From a virus: a stretch of DNA of 64,000 bases. The notes under the pieces are model-generated. The model searched no databases. It was not told where the DNA came from and saw only the letters and a list, made by a program, of their open reading frames with translations. Made by a program: the position numbers and the translations under genes. The stretch spans positions 8,526 to 72,525 of the IMG/VR virus record IMGVR_UViG_3300009164_000064. One strand, 5' to 3'. Shown piece by piece: positions 54,801 to 64,000 of this stretch. Position 1 is the stretch's first letter. Each line of letters starts with the position of its first letter.

Positions 54801-56292
54801 TAGCAGTAGTATTTACTGACTTAGTGTTCAATACGAATTGATCTAGAACATAGTTGCCAGAAGTTTCATATTGACGCTGAGCAATATAGTTGCCAATCTT
54901 ATTATAGACTGTCTGACGGTTTTGCTTGTATGGTTCACCGCCGCTAAATTCTGCAATGTATAGGAAGTCTTCACGTAGATCAGCTTCAGCCTTTGTCAAT
55001 GTGACAAGCTTAGGAGTTAGCTGTAGACGATTAGCGCCCGGTGCAGTATGGTTAGGAGAGCCAGTTGCATTGTCAAGAAGTGATGTATCTTGATTAGAAT
55101 TGATGATTGCTTCATTTGTTTCAAAACCAACCGAAACACCATCAGGAGCATTTGAGTACTTTTCAACGATAACCAATTCAGGGACAACACGTGAGAAGTA
55201 GCCCTTCTGATAGATAACACCTTCACCAACAGTCATGGCATAAGCAGAACCAACTGGAGTTTCACCAGCACCAGCAACAGTAATATTTGTTAGATAATTT
55301 TGTGCTGTAAAATTGGCGATTGAAATTTGATTTTGAGGTGCTGTAGTTGATGAAACGGCAACATAAGGTTGAATGTAATATCCACTGCCCTTTTGTGTTA
55401 CGTTTACGCTTTTGATAATTCCTAAAGGACCAAGAACAAGAGATGCACGAGCAGCACTACCAATAACCTCAGTAATAGTAGCAAGACTTGATGGTGTCGA
55501 ATTAGTTGTCTGTACTATGTTTCCAGAACCAAATGTCCACTTGGCAGAATCACCTGCTGCAAGATCAGAAGCTTTTGGCTTAATCTTTATAATAACCGCT
55601 TGGTTGTTTGATGTAGTATCAACAGCAATAATCTGACAGTTTGCAGTGCCGTTAGTGATATAATCACCTACATAGAAATTATTTGTAAATGTTGTGCCAA
55701 ATGTGCTATTCTGAATAGCAATAGCACTAACAATAGCAATGCTATCGCTTGTTGAAAACCCTTGTGCGCCATCATTAACTATAATTTTTTCAATTACATT
55801 GTTTGGATCATAAACAGTTAGTACTTCATCAGCAGCAAACTTAAGTTGCTCAGTAGTACCGCCCATACCATCAGACTTAAATCCTGAATTAACATAGCGA
55901 ATGTATAGTGTATTAAGATCGGGTGAACGTGTTTCATAACCAGCAACAGAAGTGACAATTGTACCAACCAACGGTACAACTTGTGCGGAGTTCTTGATGT
56001 TGTATGAGTTATAGTTTGATACTACAACAGGTGTTTGATCAGTTTCAGCATCCTTGATCTTGACATATTGAAAATTGTTATTAAAGATGATATCACAACC
56101 GTCAACAATTGTACCAGCCTTAAAAATGTTATCACCAAAGCGTTCGATCTGCTTTTGTAGAATGGTTTGAAGCTGATTGAGTTCACGAGCCTGAACAGAC
56201 ACACCGGGACGGAATAGGATTTTATAGAAATCCTTTGTCTCGTTGTAATCGTCAAAATATGGTGACACACTTAAGTCTGTTTGAATAGACAT
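51853..56292 (-). CDS. Large virion structural protein, DUF4815/VrlC-like
   Basis: SPYFDDY...KILFRPGVSVQARELNQLQTILQ, APGANRLQL, YTMEQIGKLEKRIQDLEYYTSL and DRFKFGFFVDGF. Confidence 0.85.
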   Translation of the reverse strand: MSIQTDLSVSPYFDDYNETKDFYKILFRPGVSVQARELNQLQTILQKQIERFGDNIFKAGTIVDGCDIIFNNNFQYVKIKDAETDQTPVVVSNYNSYNIKNSAQVVPLVGTIVTSVAGYETRSPDLNTLYIRYVNSGFKSDGMGGTTEQLKFAADEVLTVYDPNNVIEKIIVNDGAQGFSTSDSIAIVSAIAIQNSTFGTTFTNNFYVGDYITNGTANCQIIAVDTTSNNQAVIIKIKPKASDLAAGDSAKWTFGSGNIVQTTNSTPSSLATITEVIGSAARASLVLGPLGIIKSVNVTQKGSGYYIQPYVAVSSTTAPQNQISIANFTAQNYLTNITVAGAGETPVGSAYAMTVGEGVIYQKGYFSRVVPELVIVEKYSNAPDGVSVGFETNEAIINSNQDTSLLDNATGSPNHTAPGANRLQLTPKLVTLTKAEADLREDFLYIAEFSGGEPYKQNRQTVYNKIGNYIAQRQYETSGNYVLDQFVLNTKSVNTTANEASQFNIIIDPGVAYINGKRVSTNNNYEIGVDKGTDFYSANPANISLNYGNYVTVKEYCGNFQFNYGDLVTLHNLPYQYYTAGRAGATPIPPAVAVGTARIRSVVYDSGTVGSASGTYRIYLFDINLSVGTNFSNLRSIFYDGVNKGIADIVLENGNAVLKDNDISSLIFYAGNPAVKKANNVSYIYRTVNTYNLATTGQMTISLGDGAFPYTGSLNSVQERDVIITPLATFKNSTDLLGNVSSNVNSTFVNGGGSADFTTELRAGDFLTVSTGYLGQVSYIANSTQLVLVSNAATGITTGTYGLIFPKNVPISFDRSDRTMVVDGTNRLLTVTMNMTTNVAVQTSVSYNVRSSAAAVGKTVNRNRYVRINTASNVDKNDGPWALGVPDVFRLNKVYRANANTTFVPTDAIAEDVTQYFYVDHNQNEDFYGISYLVQKPNSYLTIANTDVLLASIDYFSVTSEGVKIGGNSGTYLIDDTITLAQSATTINTLEIPEVYGNRGKYYDLRDQFDFRPYSNKTATPSTSPLNAPINPLEQTAGLRFANTTNKLFPAPDSQLTSTVEYYQGRIDRVVIDETNEFHIIKGQVGTNIEPTQPDNSLTINLLKVPPYPSVPYQLSSGTVAIVDTKIANEKYSAKRLDNYRIKTTLTAVDKLITQPRGYTMEQIGKLEKRIQDLEYYTSLTLTEAIAQKRAIPGFDGIDRFKFGFFVDGFEDYKYADVSNPAYRATIVDGYLSPPLSEINIITESPDSTLELPYNEILFTGQTRATDGPVVTVPPIPTVTQTIASVVQYERNRANSDSSPYVYEEFFYTFSSLTGPVEFYINSRDNNIAVEFFQSKTSDGPWISVKSSSDALAITNADITNRQLSLNGNRKIEHPGSLERKNYGPVGGFLEDQFKILFAHNTSKGQYYKVRVYKGKKHGGGLFGGEGKSGTFGYKLMYPTDTEINLLLRNPYINYIQSYWGYLGHGYVLPYYNYPYNLK

Positions 56293-56309
56293 TTAATTAA
56301 AGACTCCGC

Positions 56310-58364
56310 TTAAAATTCGAGTACTAGCTTGACAACTTCTGTCTGATTAGCTTTACGTGTAATTGGGTTCAGATTTTCCAGATAAAGGATTTCACCGCTG
56401 TCTGGGATCAACTCTCCATTGTATTTATTTGACACAATAAAGTAGGAATCTGAAGTAATCCCTTTGATTGTTCCATCACTTCCATCACTAGCAGTAAGGA
56501 ATGAATTCTTTACATTTGTGACATACATGGTATCATCAAGGCCACCAATGCTGTCTACAATTGAGTGAAAGCTTGCTTGTGGTTGAGCATAACCAGAAAT
56601 TGATTCTTGTACAATAACTTCATCGTCAATAAATCCAGCTTTACTTACACTACCAACAAACTTGTTTAGTTGATTAAAGCCACTGAACTCGTCTGCATCT
56701 CTTTCATTAATGAATACGAATGGACGAGATACAGTATTAGCAGCCGCCGTACAGAATGAATCTTCACCAATCATATTAGAACCGATACTTAGATTTTTAG
56801 CTGATACATTGGTTAGATTTAAACTATTTAATGTATATGAAGAAACTTTTCCATATAGATCAGTTTGAACTAGAGTAATAGAACAGTTTGAAGCAACAAA
56901 GTTAGACGATGAAGTAACAGTCAATAAGTTGTTAGAAGCAATGGCAGACACGGTGGCAAAAAAGTTAGATGATCCGTTATTAATAATAATCTGATCATTT
57001 GTTCTCAATGCTTCTTCAAAGTTTACACCTTGGGAATAAACAACATTATTTGCAGTTATATTTACAGAGCCAGCTAATTTAATTGGTTTGTAACGATATA
57101 CATTTTCACCAATGATAAATTGCCCAATAGTCTTTGTCATATCAAGTATAATACTTACATTAGCAAATAATGGGTCTTTGATAATACCGATTGTTCTATA
57201 ATCATTAGCAATTGATAAAGGAATTTCATCGCCAAGAAAGTAAGTGTTAATCCCAACATAACGTGCGAATAGCTCATTATTTACGTTTAGTCCATGACCA
57301 CCTTCAGGAGAAAGAATAACTCTCAACGATGCGTCAATAGTAACAGGGACGATATCATCAACCTGAATAGTAGCAATAGCAGAACGATATCCAGAACCAT
57401 AGTTAAGAATTTCTACTTTACTGACAGAATTGGCACTTGTAGGATCGATAATAGCACGAGCATAACAGTCAGAAGTTCTTGTTCCGCTTGTATCGTAGAT
57501 GAATACGTTTGGATAAATTTCGTATGTATCACCGGGTCTTACAACACCGTTGAAACTATTTTCCAGTGTAATAATTTTTTTATTATTTTCAACATCAAAT
57601 TGATAATCAGTTATAACTCTATACTGATTAACAGCATCACCAGAAGTAATCTTAATGATGCATCCATTGTAGAAGTTATCCAGACTTGAAGCACTTAAAC
57701 CAATACCATATTTTAGTGAGTTTTCGCCAATACGAACGCTTTCAAACTCACCGTAAGGAATATAGTTATCATATCCTCTACCAGAGTCAGTAATAGTGAT
57801 AACATCGATTGTTCCTGATTTAGCACCAGCAGTGACTGTACGGTCAACAACAACTGGAATGTAATCTAAGGTTGAAAACTTGTTCATTGTAAATTCATCA
57901 ACAGAAAACATATACTTCCAAATGTAACCGTCATTAGGGGTTTCAAATTGATCAGCATCTGTGCCATATGGTTCTACGGTTGACTTAGCGCCATAGTTAT
58001 TGAACAGGCACTTGTAGACATAGTAGTATGTGCCAGCATTGACAACAACGTAAAATTGTTTTTCTGCCAGATTAGCATCTATATCATCGTACATATCATA
58101 AACAGTATCAATAGTCCAATCGTAACGACGAATCATATTTGTCACATTATCATATTTAATTCTTTTGCCAAAAACCATATCATTGTAGATATCGATCTGT
58201 GCTTTTGTTGTGTCTGATGGTATGGGAATGGTCGCATCACCACCATCATATGGAGTGTGCTTTCCTGCAAAGACGTAGTAGCTTGAAGCCGTTTGTACAC
58301 TACGTACAAACGATTCGGCTGCTTCGACATTCAGTTTTTTCGTAATAATTTGTTTTGTGCTCAT
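56310..58364 (-). CDS. 8: Baseplate wedge subunit gp8-like
   Basis: RRYDW, FYVV...VYKCLFNN, DGYIWKYMF and SGEILYLENLNPITR...EVVKLVLEF. Confidence 0.85.
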   Translation of the reverse strand: MSTKQIITKKLNVEAAESFVRSVQTASSYYVFAGKHTPYDGGDATIPIPSDTTKAQIDIYNDMVFGKRIKYDNVTNMIRRYDWTIDTVYDMYDDIDANLAEKQFYVVVNAGTYYYVYKCLFNNYGAKSTVEPYGTDADQFETPNDGYIWKYMFSVDEFTMNKFSTLDYIPVVVDRTVTAGAKSGTIDVITITDSGRGYDNYIPYGEFESVRIGENSLKYGIGLSASSLDNFYNGCIIKITSGDAVNQYRVITDYQFDVENNKKIITLENSFNGVVRPGDTYEIYPNVFIYDTSGTRTSDCYARAIIDPTSANSVSKVEILNYGSGYRSAIATIQVDDIVPVTIDASLRVILSPEGGHGLNVNNELFARYVGINTYFLGDEIPLSIANDYRTIGIIKDPLFANVSIILDMTKTIGQFIIGENVYRYKPIKLAGSVNITANNVVYSQGVNFEEALRTNDQIIINNGSSNFFATVSAIASNNLLTVTSSSNFVASNCSITLVQTDLYGKVSSYTLNSLNLTNVSAKNLSIGSNMIGEDSFCTAAANTVSRPFVFINERDADEFSGFNQLNKFVGSVSKAGFIDDEVIVQESISGYAQPQASFHSIVDSIGGLDDTMYVTNVKNSFLTASDGSDGTIKGITSDSYFIVSNKYNGELIPDSGEILYLENLNPITRKANQTEVVKLVLEF

Positions 58365-58413
58365 AACTTATATTTATGTCTCTTAAAATGGTTTAAACTA
58401 TTTATTACTCAAA

Positions 58414-61400
58414 TTAATCTCTAATTTCGACATATTCAGTTCCACGATCCTGTACATAGATATCTTGACGATCTTGAACAGTAAATGGCGATACTTCTAA
58501 AATTTCAATTGTATTGGCAGTTAGTATATGATTAGCAATTTTTACGTTAGTATTTGAAACAGTGTCAATAACAACTGTGCCGAAGAATCGAGTACCAGCA
58601 GTGTGCATTACTTTCTTAAACATATCACCATACTTATCTAGGGGTAATCTAGACATAACATCATATGAATACTCTTGATAGTAATCACCATCATGAACTT
58701 TTGAAATATTACTTAGGAAACCTTTAGAAGTCTTATAGTAGCCACTACCAGTACCAGAGCCTCTTACAATAGCACGTGCACTGCCTGATCGTAAGCCATC
58801 CTCAGAGGTAAAAACTAGTGTTTGGTTGTTAGCATAACCATACCCAGAATCTACTACTTGAAGTGCTGTTACAACTCCATATGTGCTATAGGTAGAACCA
58901 TCAATCTGTGCATTAAAACCAATTGGTGAATTATTATATTCTTCAATTTTAACTAGGGTTGAACTCACACCAGCACTTGTCAAAGTTTTATTCAATTCAA
59001 ATTTATTATCAAATTGCTGTCTCTTAACATAAATTTTATTTCCATCTGTTTTAAAAACCAAACCTTTAGCAACGGTTGGAACAGTAACAGATGCAACACT
59101 GTATACTTCTGATGTTCCTGTAAATGTGCTGAAGCTATACAAACTACTAGAAGTATTGAATATACCGTTTGAAACTTTATTGACAACCATTACATTTGAT
59201 GTAGGATAACCAATTGAATATACAGTACCAACGGCACCTGATAAATATTGAAATATTCTTTCACCAACTCTGAATGCCTGTGGGTTTTGAACTTCCATAT
59301 TATAACGTAAATCAGGGATTGATTGCTGTACTTGCTCACCAACAATATATTGATTGGTAGCGTTCTCAACAGTAAAGATATAATCACTATAATCATAGTT
59401 AGCAACATATGGTTGATATGCTCTAACAATAGGTGCAGCGGCATAATTTGTGCCAGGATTAATATCAGATAGAGTATTAATTGTGCCGATAGAAAGATTA
59501 GCAAAGCTTAAGCAGGAAAATATTGGAGATGAAATACTACCAGTTCGATTTTGTTTAAAACCAAATTCTGCTGCATTCAATCTAATTGAAGAGAATAACT
59601 GATTAGCACCAGCAGTAGGATAGTTTTTGCTTTTAATTAAATCAGAATTTATTTGAATAACTTCTGTCTCATTAATTTTACCAATTTTAAATGATGCATC
59701 AGTACCAATAGAAATAGAAATGATATCTGCAACAGTGCCTGTTTGACTACCAACAAGCTTTGAAACAGTAGAACTATTATATTCATTCTGCGTACCATAT
59801 ACAGATACGAACAATGATACGTTCGTAACAATAGCAGTAGTATCTGGCTTACCAGCTATAAGTAATAACTTGTCATTCTTAAAAAAACCTGACATATCAG
59901 ATAGTGTTAGGGTGCCATTAGTAATATTTAAATTAATATTTGCAATTTTTGCTCGACCAATTTCAATACCATCATCATTAAGCTGATAGATTTGATCATA
60001 TTTTTCAATTATACCTAAAATGTTATTGATATTCATAGTAGCATTACCAGAAATATCAAGAACGGTCCCTGAAGCAGAAGTATCTTGTACAGATGCAACG
60101 GTGGCTATGATTGATTGATTACTACTTTTAACAATTCTATTACCAACAGATGTTGTATAGTTATTAGACACCACCATAACAATTTGGCCATTACTATAGG
60201 TGTTTACACGATTTTCTACAACCTGCCCATAAGCAAGCAATTGATTATTACTGTTAACAATATTGATTACGTCACCAACTGCAAACAACTCACCATTAAC
60301 GATATTAGTGTATTCGATGGTCGCACGATTTTGTTTTAAATCTTCGAATATTTTATAATATCCACTTAGATAAGATTCTTTAAATAATGGCTTTATTGAA
60401 GCACCAATACCAGAAGCTGTTGCTATTTGAAGATTATAGTTATTACCAAAGAAACCCCCACTCTGTTCCATAAAAGCAATTTTTCTAATTTGTCCACCAT
60501 AGTCTGTTTCTGGTCTAAAAGTAGCATGACCATATTCAGATGTAATTGTGATCATATCACCATTGCTATAGTATGAACCAGCAGAAAGAATTTGAAAATC
60601 ACTAATTGAATTAGATGTATATACATTTGAAACTAGAATTGTATTGTCTGTGATCAGCGATTGTGTTCTATTAAGTGCTTCAGTACCAGTGATACCATGT
60701 GATACAGAATATCCGTAACCACCATCTAATAGAATGAATTCAACAACACCACGTTCATTATCAAACACCGAAGAAACACGTGCCTGTCCATAATCACCAG
60801 TTTCTGTTACGAATGATACGATATCACCAACTGCAAATTCTTTTGACCCTGTGATAATATCAACAGCAGTCAGGGAGCCTAAAACACGTGGCGAATCAGA
60901 GAATGGTGTTTGACTTTTACGATATATCGTTTCACGATTTGTGAATTCACCCTGTACATTTGACAGATAGAGAATGTGGACAAATCCGTTATTGACTTTT
61001 CTCTTAATATAGCGTTCAACGAATGCTTCAGCGCCTGATGTGATGCCCTTGATCAGAGTACCGACAAGTGCAACTGCTCTTTGTGGATTGTTACCAGTGA
61101 TCTCTAGATACTGTGGCTTTACCCATGTACCTTCAGATAGCTTGAACAGATTATCACCAGGGTAAACTACCTGACTGTTATAACCATACACCAGACGAAA
61201 GAATAGATCGATTGAACGAGAAGTACCCTTAGAGCGATATAGATCAAGAGAGTTCTTGACCAACATACGCTTGTTAGTTTTTGTATCAAATTCAATATTA
61301 TTTAAATACTTTTCTTTGAACTGTGTGATGAATAGATCAAGTGTAGTATCAATATCACGAATTTTTGGTAGATTGCGTGATAGGAAGATATTACCTAATC

Positions 61401-61746
61401 TCTTGCTTGCACCACCCCTTAGAATGTATGTGTTGCCACCGCTTGAGCTTGTTACAGGAATGAGTTCCGAACAGATATTAAAGCATTTGAATGTTTCTAA
61501 ACCGTCAACCTTGACAAGGATATCTGTGCCGACATAGGCAACGATTGTGCCAGTGACAATATCCTGTGTTACGATATCACCAACATTGAAATTGGTCGTA
61601 TCCTCTAATTGAAGAACCTGATGGTTCGTTTCCAGCCACTCATAATAGGCTTTGACAAACGTGACAAAGTTCTGTCCCTCATCCCTATAAAAGGATGGAA
61701 ACATGCTTTCAATTAATGGGGATATCTTTTGTTCAATATCTTGCAT
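58414..61746 (-). CDS. 7: Baseplate wedge initiator gp7-like
   Basis: FVKAYYEWLE, LYRSKGTSRSIDLFFRLVY and DGDYYQEYSY...VMHTAG; lies between gp6 and gp8. Confidence 0.8.
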   Translation of the reverse strand: MQDIEQKISPLIESMFPSFYRDEGQNFVTFVKAYYEWLETNHQVLQLEDTTNFNVGDIVTQDIVTGTIVAYVGTDILVKVDGLETFKCFNICSELIPVTSSSGGNTYILRGGASKRLGNIFLSRNLPKIRDIDTTLDLFITQFKEKYLNNIEFDTKTNKRMLVKNSLDLYRSKGTSRSIDLFFRLVYGYNSQVVYPGDNLFKLSEGTWVKPQYLEITGNNPQRAVALVGTLIKGITSGAEAFVERYIKRKVNNGFVHILYLSNVQGEFTNRETIYRKSQTPFSDSPRVLGSLTAVDIITGSKEFAVGDIVSFVTETGDYGQARVSSVFDNERGVVEFILLDGGYGYSVSHGITGTEALNRTQSLITDNTILVSNVYTSNSISDFQILSAGSYYSNGDMITITSEYGHATFRPETDYGGQIRKIAFMEQSGGFFGNNYNLQIATASGIGASIKPLFKESYLSGYYKIFEDLKQNRATIEYTNIVNGELFAVGDVINIVNSNNQLLAYGQVVENRVNTYSNGQIVMVVSNNYTTSVGNRIVKSSNQSIIATVASVQDTSASGTVLDISGNATMNINNILGIIEKYDQIYQLNDDGIEIGRAKIANINLNITNGTLTLSDMSGFFKNDKLLLIAGKPDTTAIVTNVSLFVSVYGTQNEYNSSTVSKLVGSQTGTVADIISISIGTDASFKIGKINETEVIQINSDLIKSKNYPTAGANQLFSSIRLNAAEFGFKQNRTGSISSPIFSCLSFANLSIGTINTLSDINPGTNYAAAPIVRAYQPYVANYDYSDYIFTVENATNQYIVGEQVQQSIPDLRYNMEVQNPQAFRVGERIFQYLSGAVGTVYSIGYPTSNVMVVNKVSNGIFNTSSSLYSFSTFTGTSEVYSVASVTVPTVAKGLVFKTDGNKIYVKRQQFDNKFELNKTLTSAGVSSTLVKIEEYNNSPIGFNAQIDGSTYSTYGVVTALQVVDSGYGYANNQTLVFTSEDGLRSGSARAIVRGSGTGSGYYKTSKGFLSNISKVHDGDYYQEYSYDVMSRLPLDKYGDMFKKVMHTAGTRFFGTVVIDTVSNTNVKIANHILTANTIEILEVSPFTVQDRQDIYVQDRGTEYVEIRD

Positions 61747-61749
61747 TCA

Positions 61750-63537
61750 TTATGCCCTGACAGCAACAGCGGTGATTTCAACGTCTTCTTCGATGATATT
61801 TAGGATAACATTATTGATGGTTGAAAGGTCTTTATACTTAGGTGACGCATAGATTTTAATACCAGCACCGACATATGAATCAATTTTAAAATTAGAAAAC
61901 TGTAGTAAACCAGTGTCGTAATCAATCTTACCAACAGCCTCAATAAACTGCCCGGAAGATGCTGAGATGACCTGAATGCTGCTAACACCATCATCCTTCA
62001 GAACAGCCTTGTTACCCTTATAATTAAATACGGTTGAAGAGATTGAATATCCCTTACCATCTGTACCATAAGTGATGCTCAAAGGAATACGGAACTTAAC
62101 GTCAAAGGTTAGTAGAGTACCAGTTTGAGGAACAAAAACCTTAATGATCTTAATATCAGTCTCGTTCGAGATGATTGATGCCTGTGAAGTATCTACAGCT
62201 TGTACGAGCTTTGAATAACGGAAGATACGATTAAAATTATTTAGGTTTGTCTGAGCATAATTGATGATAGCAGACTTTGTGATTGTCTTGATATCTTCTG
62301 TTGACAGACGTGTAATATTTACGTTATAATTAACTGTTGATTTAACCTGAATGTATGTGTATTCAGGATCAACGAATACTGGATCAATCGAAACAGGGGA
62401 ACGTGGCTTCAGGAAGTTATAGTATTGATCGATCTTTACCTTTGGTAAGCTATCAACTTCATTAAGATCAACAGCAACAAATACTTTACCAAACTGTGGT
62501 GGATCAAGGTTCTCACCGCCATATGCAGTAACAGCGTTGACTTCAGGGAAGTTAATCTTAAGTAATGTTTCATAGTCTTCTGTAGTAATCGCACGTTCTT
62601 GTGTGTTGAAGTGACGTGGAGCATTATACTTGATTGATTCAAGGCTCTCACTAATAGCACCACCAGAAGCACTTTGATTAGTAGTAATACTAATTGCCGA
62701 TTCATCATCAATAGTTGCATCAGGAGTAAATGTGCTACATCCGTTTGGAAGTTCACCATTAGATACACGATATTCAATAGTAATTACTGAATTGTTCTTT
62801 GGCATTCTACCATTTACGCCATCACCAAATACGATTTCATAGCTATCGTTTTCAGCCCCTTGTACAAAGAATACCTGTGAAGTAGAGTTGATATCAAATA
62901 GTGATTGTGCTCTATTATAGACAAGAGTAGTAGCACCAACGTCTTCCATTATATTAACTGTAATAGATGATGTATCAACATTCTTATTAGAAATAATGAA
63001 ACGCTGTGGGTCGGTTGATGAATAGGTATAATTATCCGCTACATAATATCCTTCATAGATAGGAATATTAGCGCCAATAAAGGTTAACTGTGTGCGTCCA
63101 GCATTCTGTGTATAGTCTGAAATAATAATATTTTCAGCAGTACTGAATGTAAAGTTTCTAGGACCAAATCGTGAGGTAAATGTATATCCCTTTGGAATAA
63201 CAATTGAACGCTTATTAAGAACATTACTGGTAACAGTTACACTCACATTAGCCTGAGAGGACTTGAATGAACGAGGAACGTAGTTAAGTTCTTTAGCATG
63301 AGATACAACGCTATCACGAAGCTGAGCAGAATCAAGGAACATCTCACTGCCAACCATGTTTAGATAGAAGGCATTGTGGAATGTATTATACGATAGAATG
63401 TCAAGCAGAACAGACATGTTGCTGCCATCGAAATCATAATCTTTAAATCTATCTTGTGTCTTTAGATATGACTTGAATGTGTTCTTGATCGTATCAAAGT
63501 CTAGACTTGATAGAACAATTGAAGAATTAGCTGACAT
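61750..63537 (-). CDS. 6: Baseplate wedge subunit gp6
   Basis: LDFDTIK...DYDFDGSNMSVLLDILSYNT, FLDSAQLRDSVVSHAKELNY, FGDGVNG and QERAITTEDY. Confidence 0.95.
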   Translation of the reverse strand: MSANSSIVLSSLDFDTIKNTFKSYLKTQDRFKDYDFDGSNMSVLLDILSYNTFHNAFYLNMVGSEMFLDSAQLRDSVVSHAKELNYVPRSFKSSQANVSVTVTSNVLNKRSIVIPKGYTFTSRFGPRNFTFSTAENIIISDYTQNAGRTQLTFIGANIPIYEGYYVADNYTYSSTDPQRFIISNKNVDTSSITVNIMEDVGATTLVYNRAQSLFDINSTSQVFFVQGAENDSYEIVFGDGVNGRMPKNNSVITIEYRVSNGELPNGCSTFTPDATIDDESAISITTNQSASGGAISESLESIKYNAPRHFNTQERAITTEDYETLLKINFPEVNAVTAYGGENLDPPQFGKVFVAVDLNEVDSLPKVKIDQYYNFLKPRSPVSIDPVFVDPEYTYIQVKSTVNYNVNITRLSTEDIKTITKSAIINYAQTNLNNFNRIFRYSKLVQAVDTSQASIISNETDIKIIKVFVPQTGTLLTFDVKFRIPLSITYGTDGKGYSISSTVFNYKGNKAVLKDDGVSSIQVISASSGQFIEAVGKIDYDTGLLQFSNFKIDSYVGAGIKIYASPKYKDLSTINNVILNIIEEDVEITAVAVRA

Positions 63538-63956
63538 TACCTGATCCTGTCGAGTGTAATATTAAATGAAATTGGTTCTTGTTTATTTATAACCATGATT
63601 ATGAGGTTGATGACATAACGATGATTATCCCCATCAGGAACAATATCAATTTTGATTATCTTTGCTCGTGGTTCAAATGTATTAATTGTTTGTTGTACAA
63701 ATACAGAGATGTTCTGTGCTGTAGACCCACTGATTGGTTCGAATAGCATCTTCTGAATATCAGTGCCAATAGTTGGCTGATAAAGACGATCAAACTTATT
63801 GGTTAATAGTAGATTACGAATAGAGCGAATGACAGCATTCTCGTTAACATACTTAACGATATCACCCGAAACAGGATGTGGATTAAGATCAGTTAGAAAG
63901 TCACTATATGACTGACTATCTCTATTCATTGCTGCAAATCTATCTGTCTTAACCAT
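63537..63956 (-). CDS. 25: Baseplate wedge subunit gp25
   Basis: YSDF...HPVSGD, AVIRSIRNLLLT...RLYQPTIG...LFEP and FEPRA. Confidence 0.93.
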   Translation of the reverse strand: MVKTDRFAAMNRDSQSYSDFLTDLNPHPVSGDIVKYVNENAVIRSIRNLLLTNKFDRLYQPTIGTDIQKMLFEPISGSTAQNISVFVQQTINTFEPRAKIIKIDIVPDGDNHRYVINLIIMVINKQEPISFNITLDRIR

Positions 63957-64000
63957 TTATTCTCTCTTTATGGAATTGATACTGGATCAGAATCGATTGC

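Noticed and set aside
1-64000. tRNA genes or stop-codon reassignment
   Set aside because: Intergenic gaps are short and show no cloverleaf or T-loop signature; TAA, TAG and TGA all terminate conserved genes at expected lengths.

Overview
This window is a 64-kb segment of a large T4-like (Tevenvirinae/Kyanoviridae-type architecture) myophage genome, almost entirely on the minus strand. In transcription order (right to left) it carries baseplate wedge genes (gp25, gp6, gp7, gp8) and a DUF4815/VrlC-like protein split into two ORFs. A ~28-kb island of fibre/adhesin-like genes follows where T4 has gp9-gp12/wac. Then come neck/tail/packaging/head genes gp13-gp23, gp3, uvsY, uvsW, gp55, gp47 and a truncated gp46. 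T4 late promoters (TATAAATA and variants) precede most structural genes. The most notable observations are: (1) all three clear sigma70-type promoters carry a CGANTC (CcrM/GcrA-type) site inside their 17-nt spacer, suggesting an alphaproteobacterial host and methylation-linked early transcription; (2) one of them is a perfect TTGACA-17-TATAAT promoter with no sense ORF, firing antisense into a heme-oxygenase-like gene embedded among fibre genes; (3) the fibre island is built from shared repeat modules with evidence of inter-gene exchange, and carries a sulfotransferase and two short ORFs missing from the ORF track, one resembling a collapsed relic of a large gene. All product calls come from motif recognition and synteny, not database searches.
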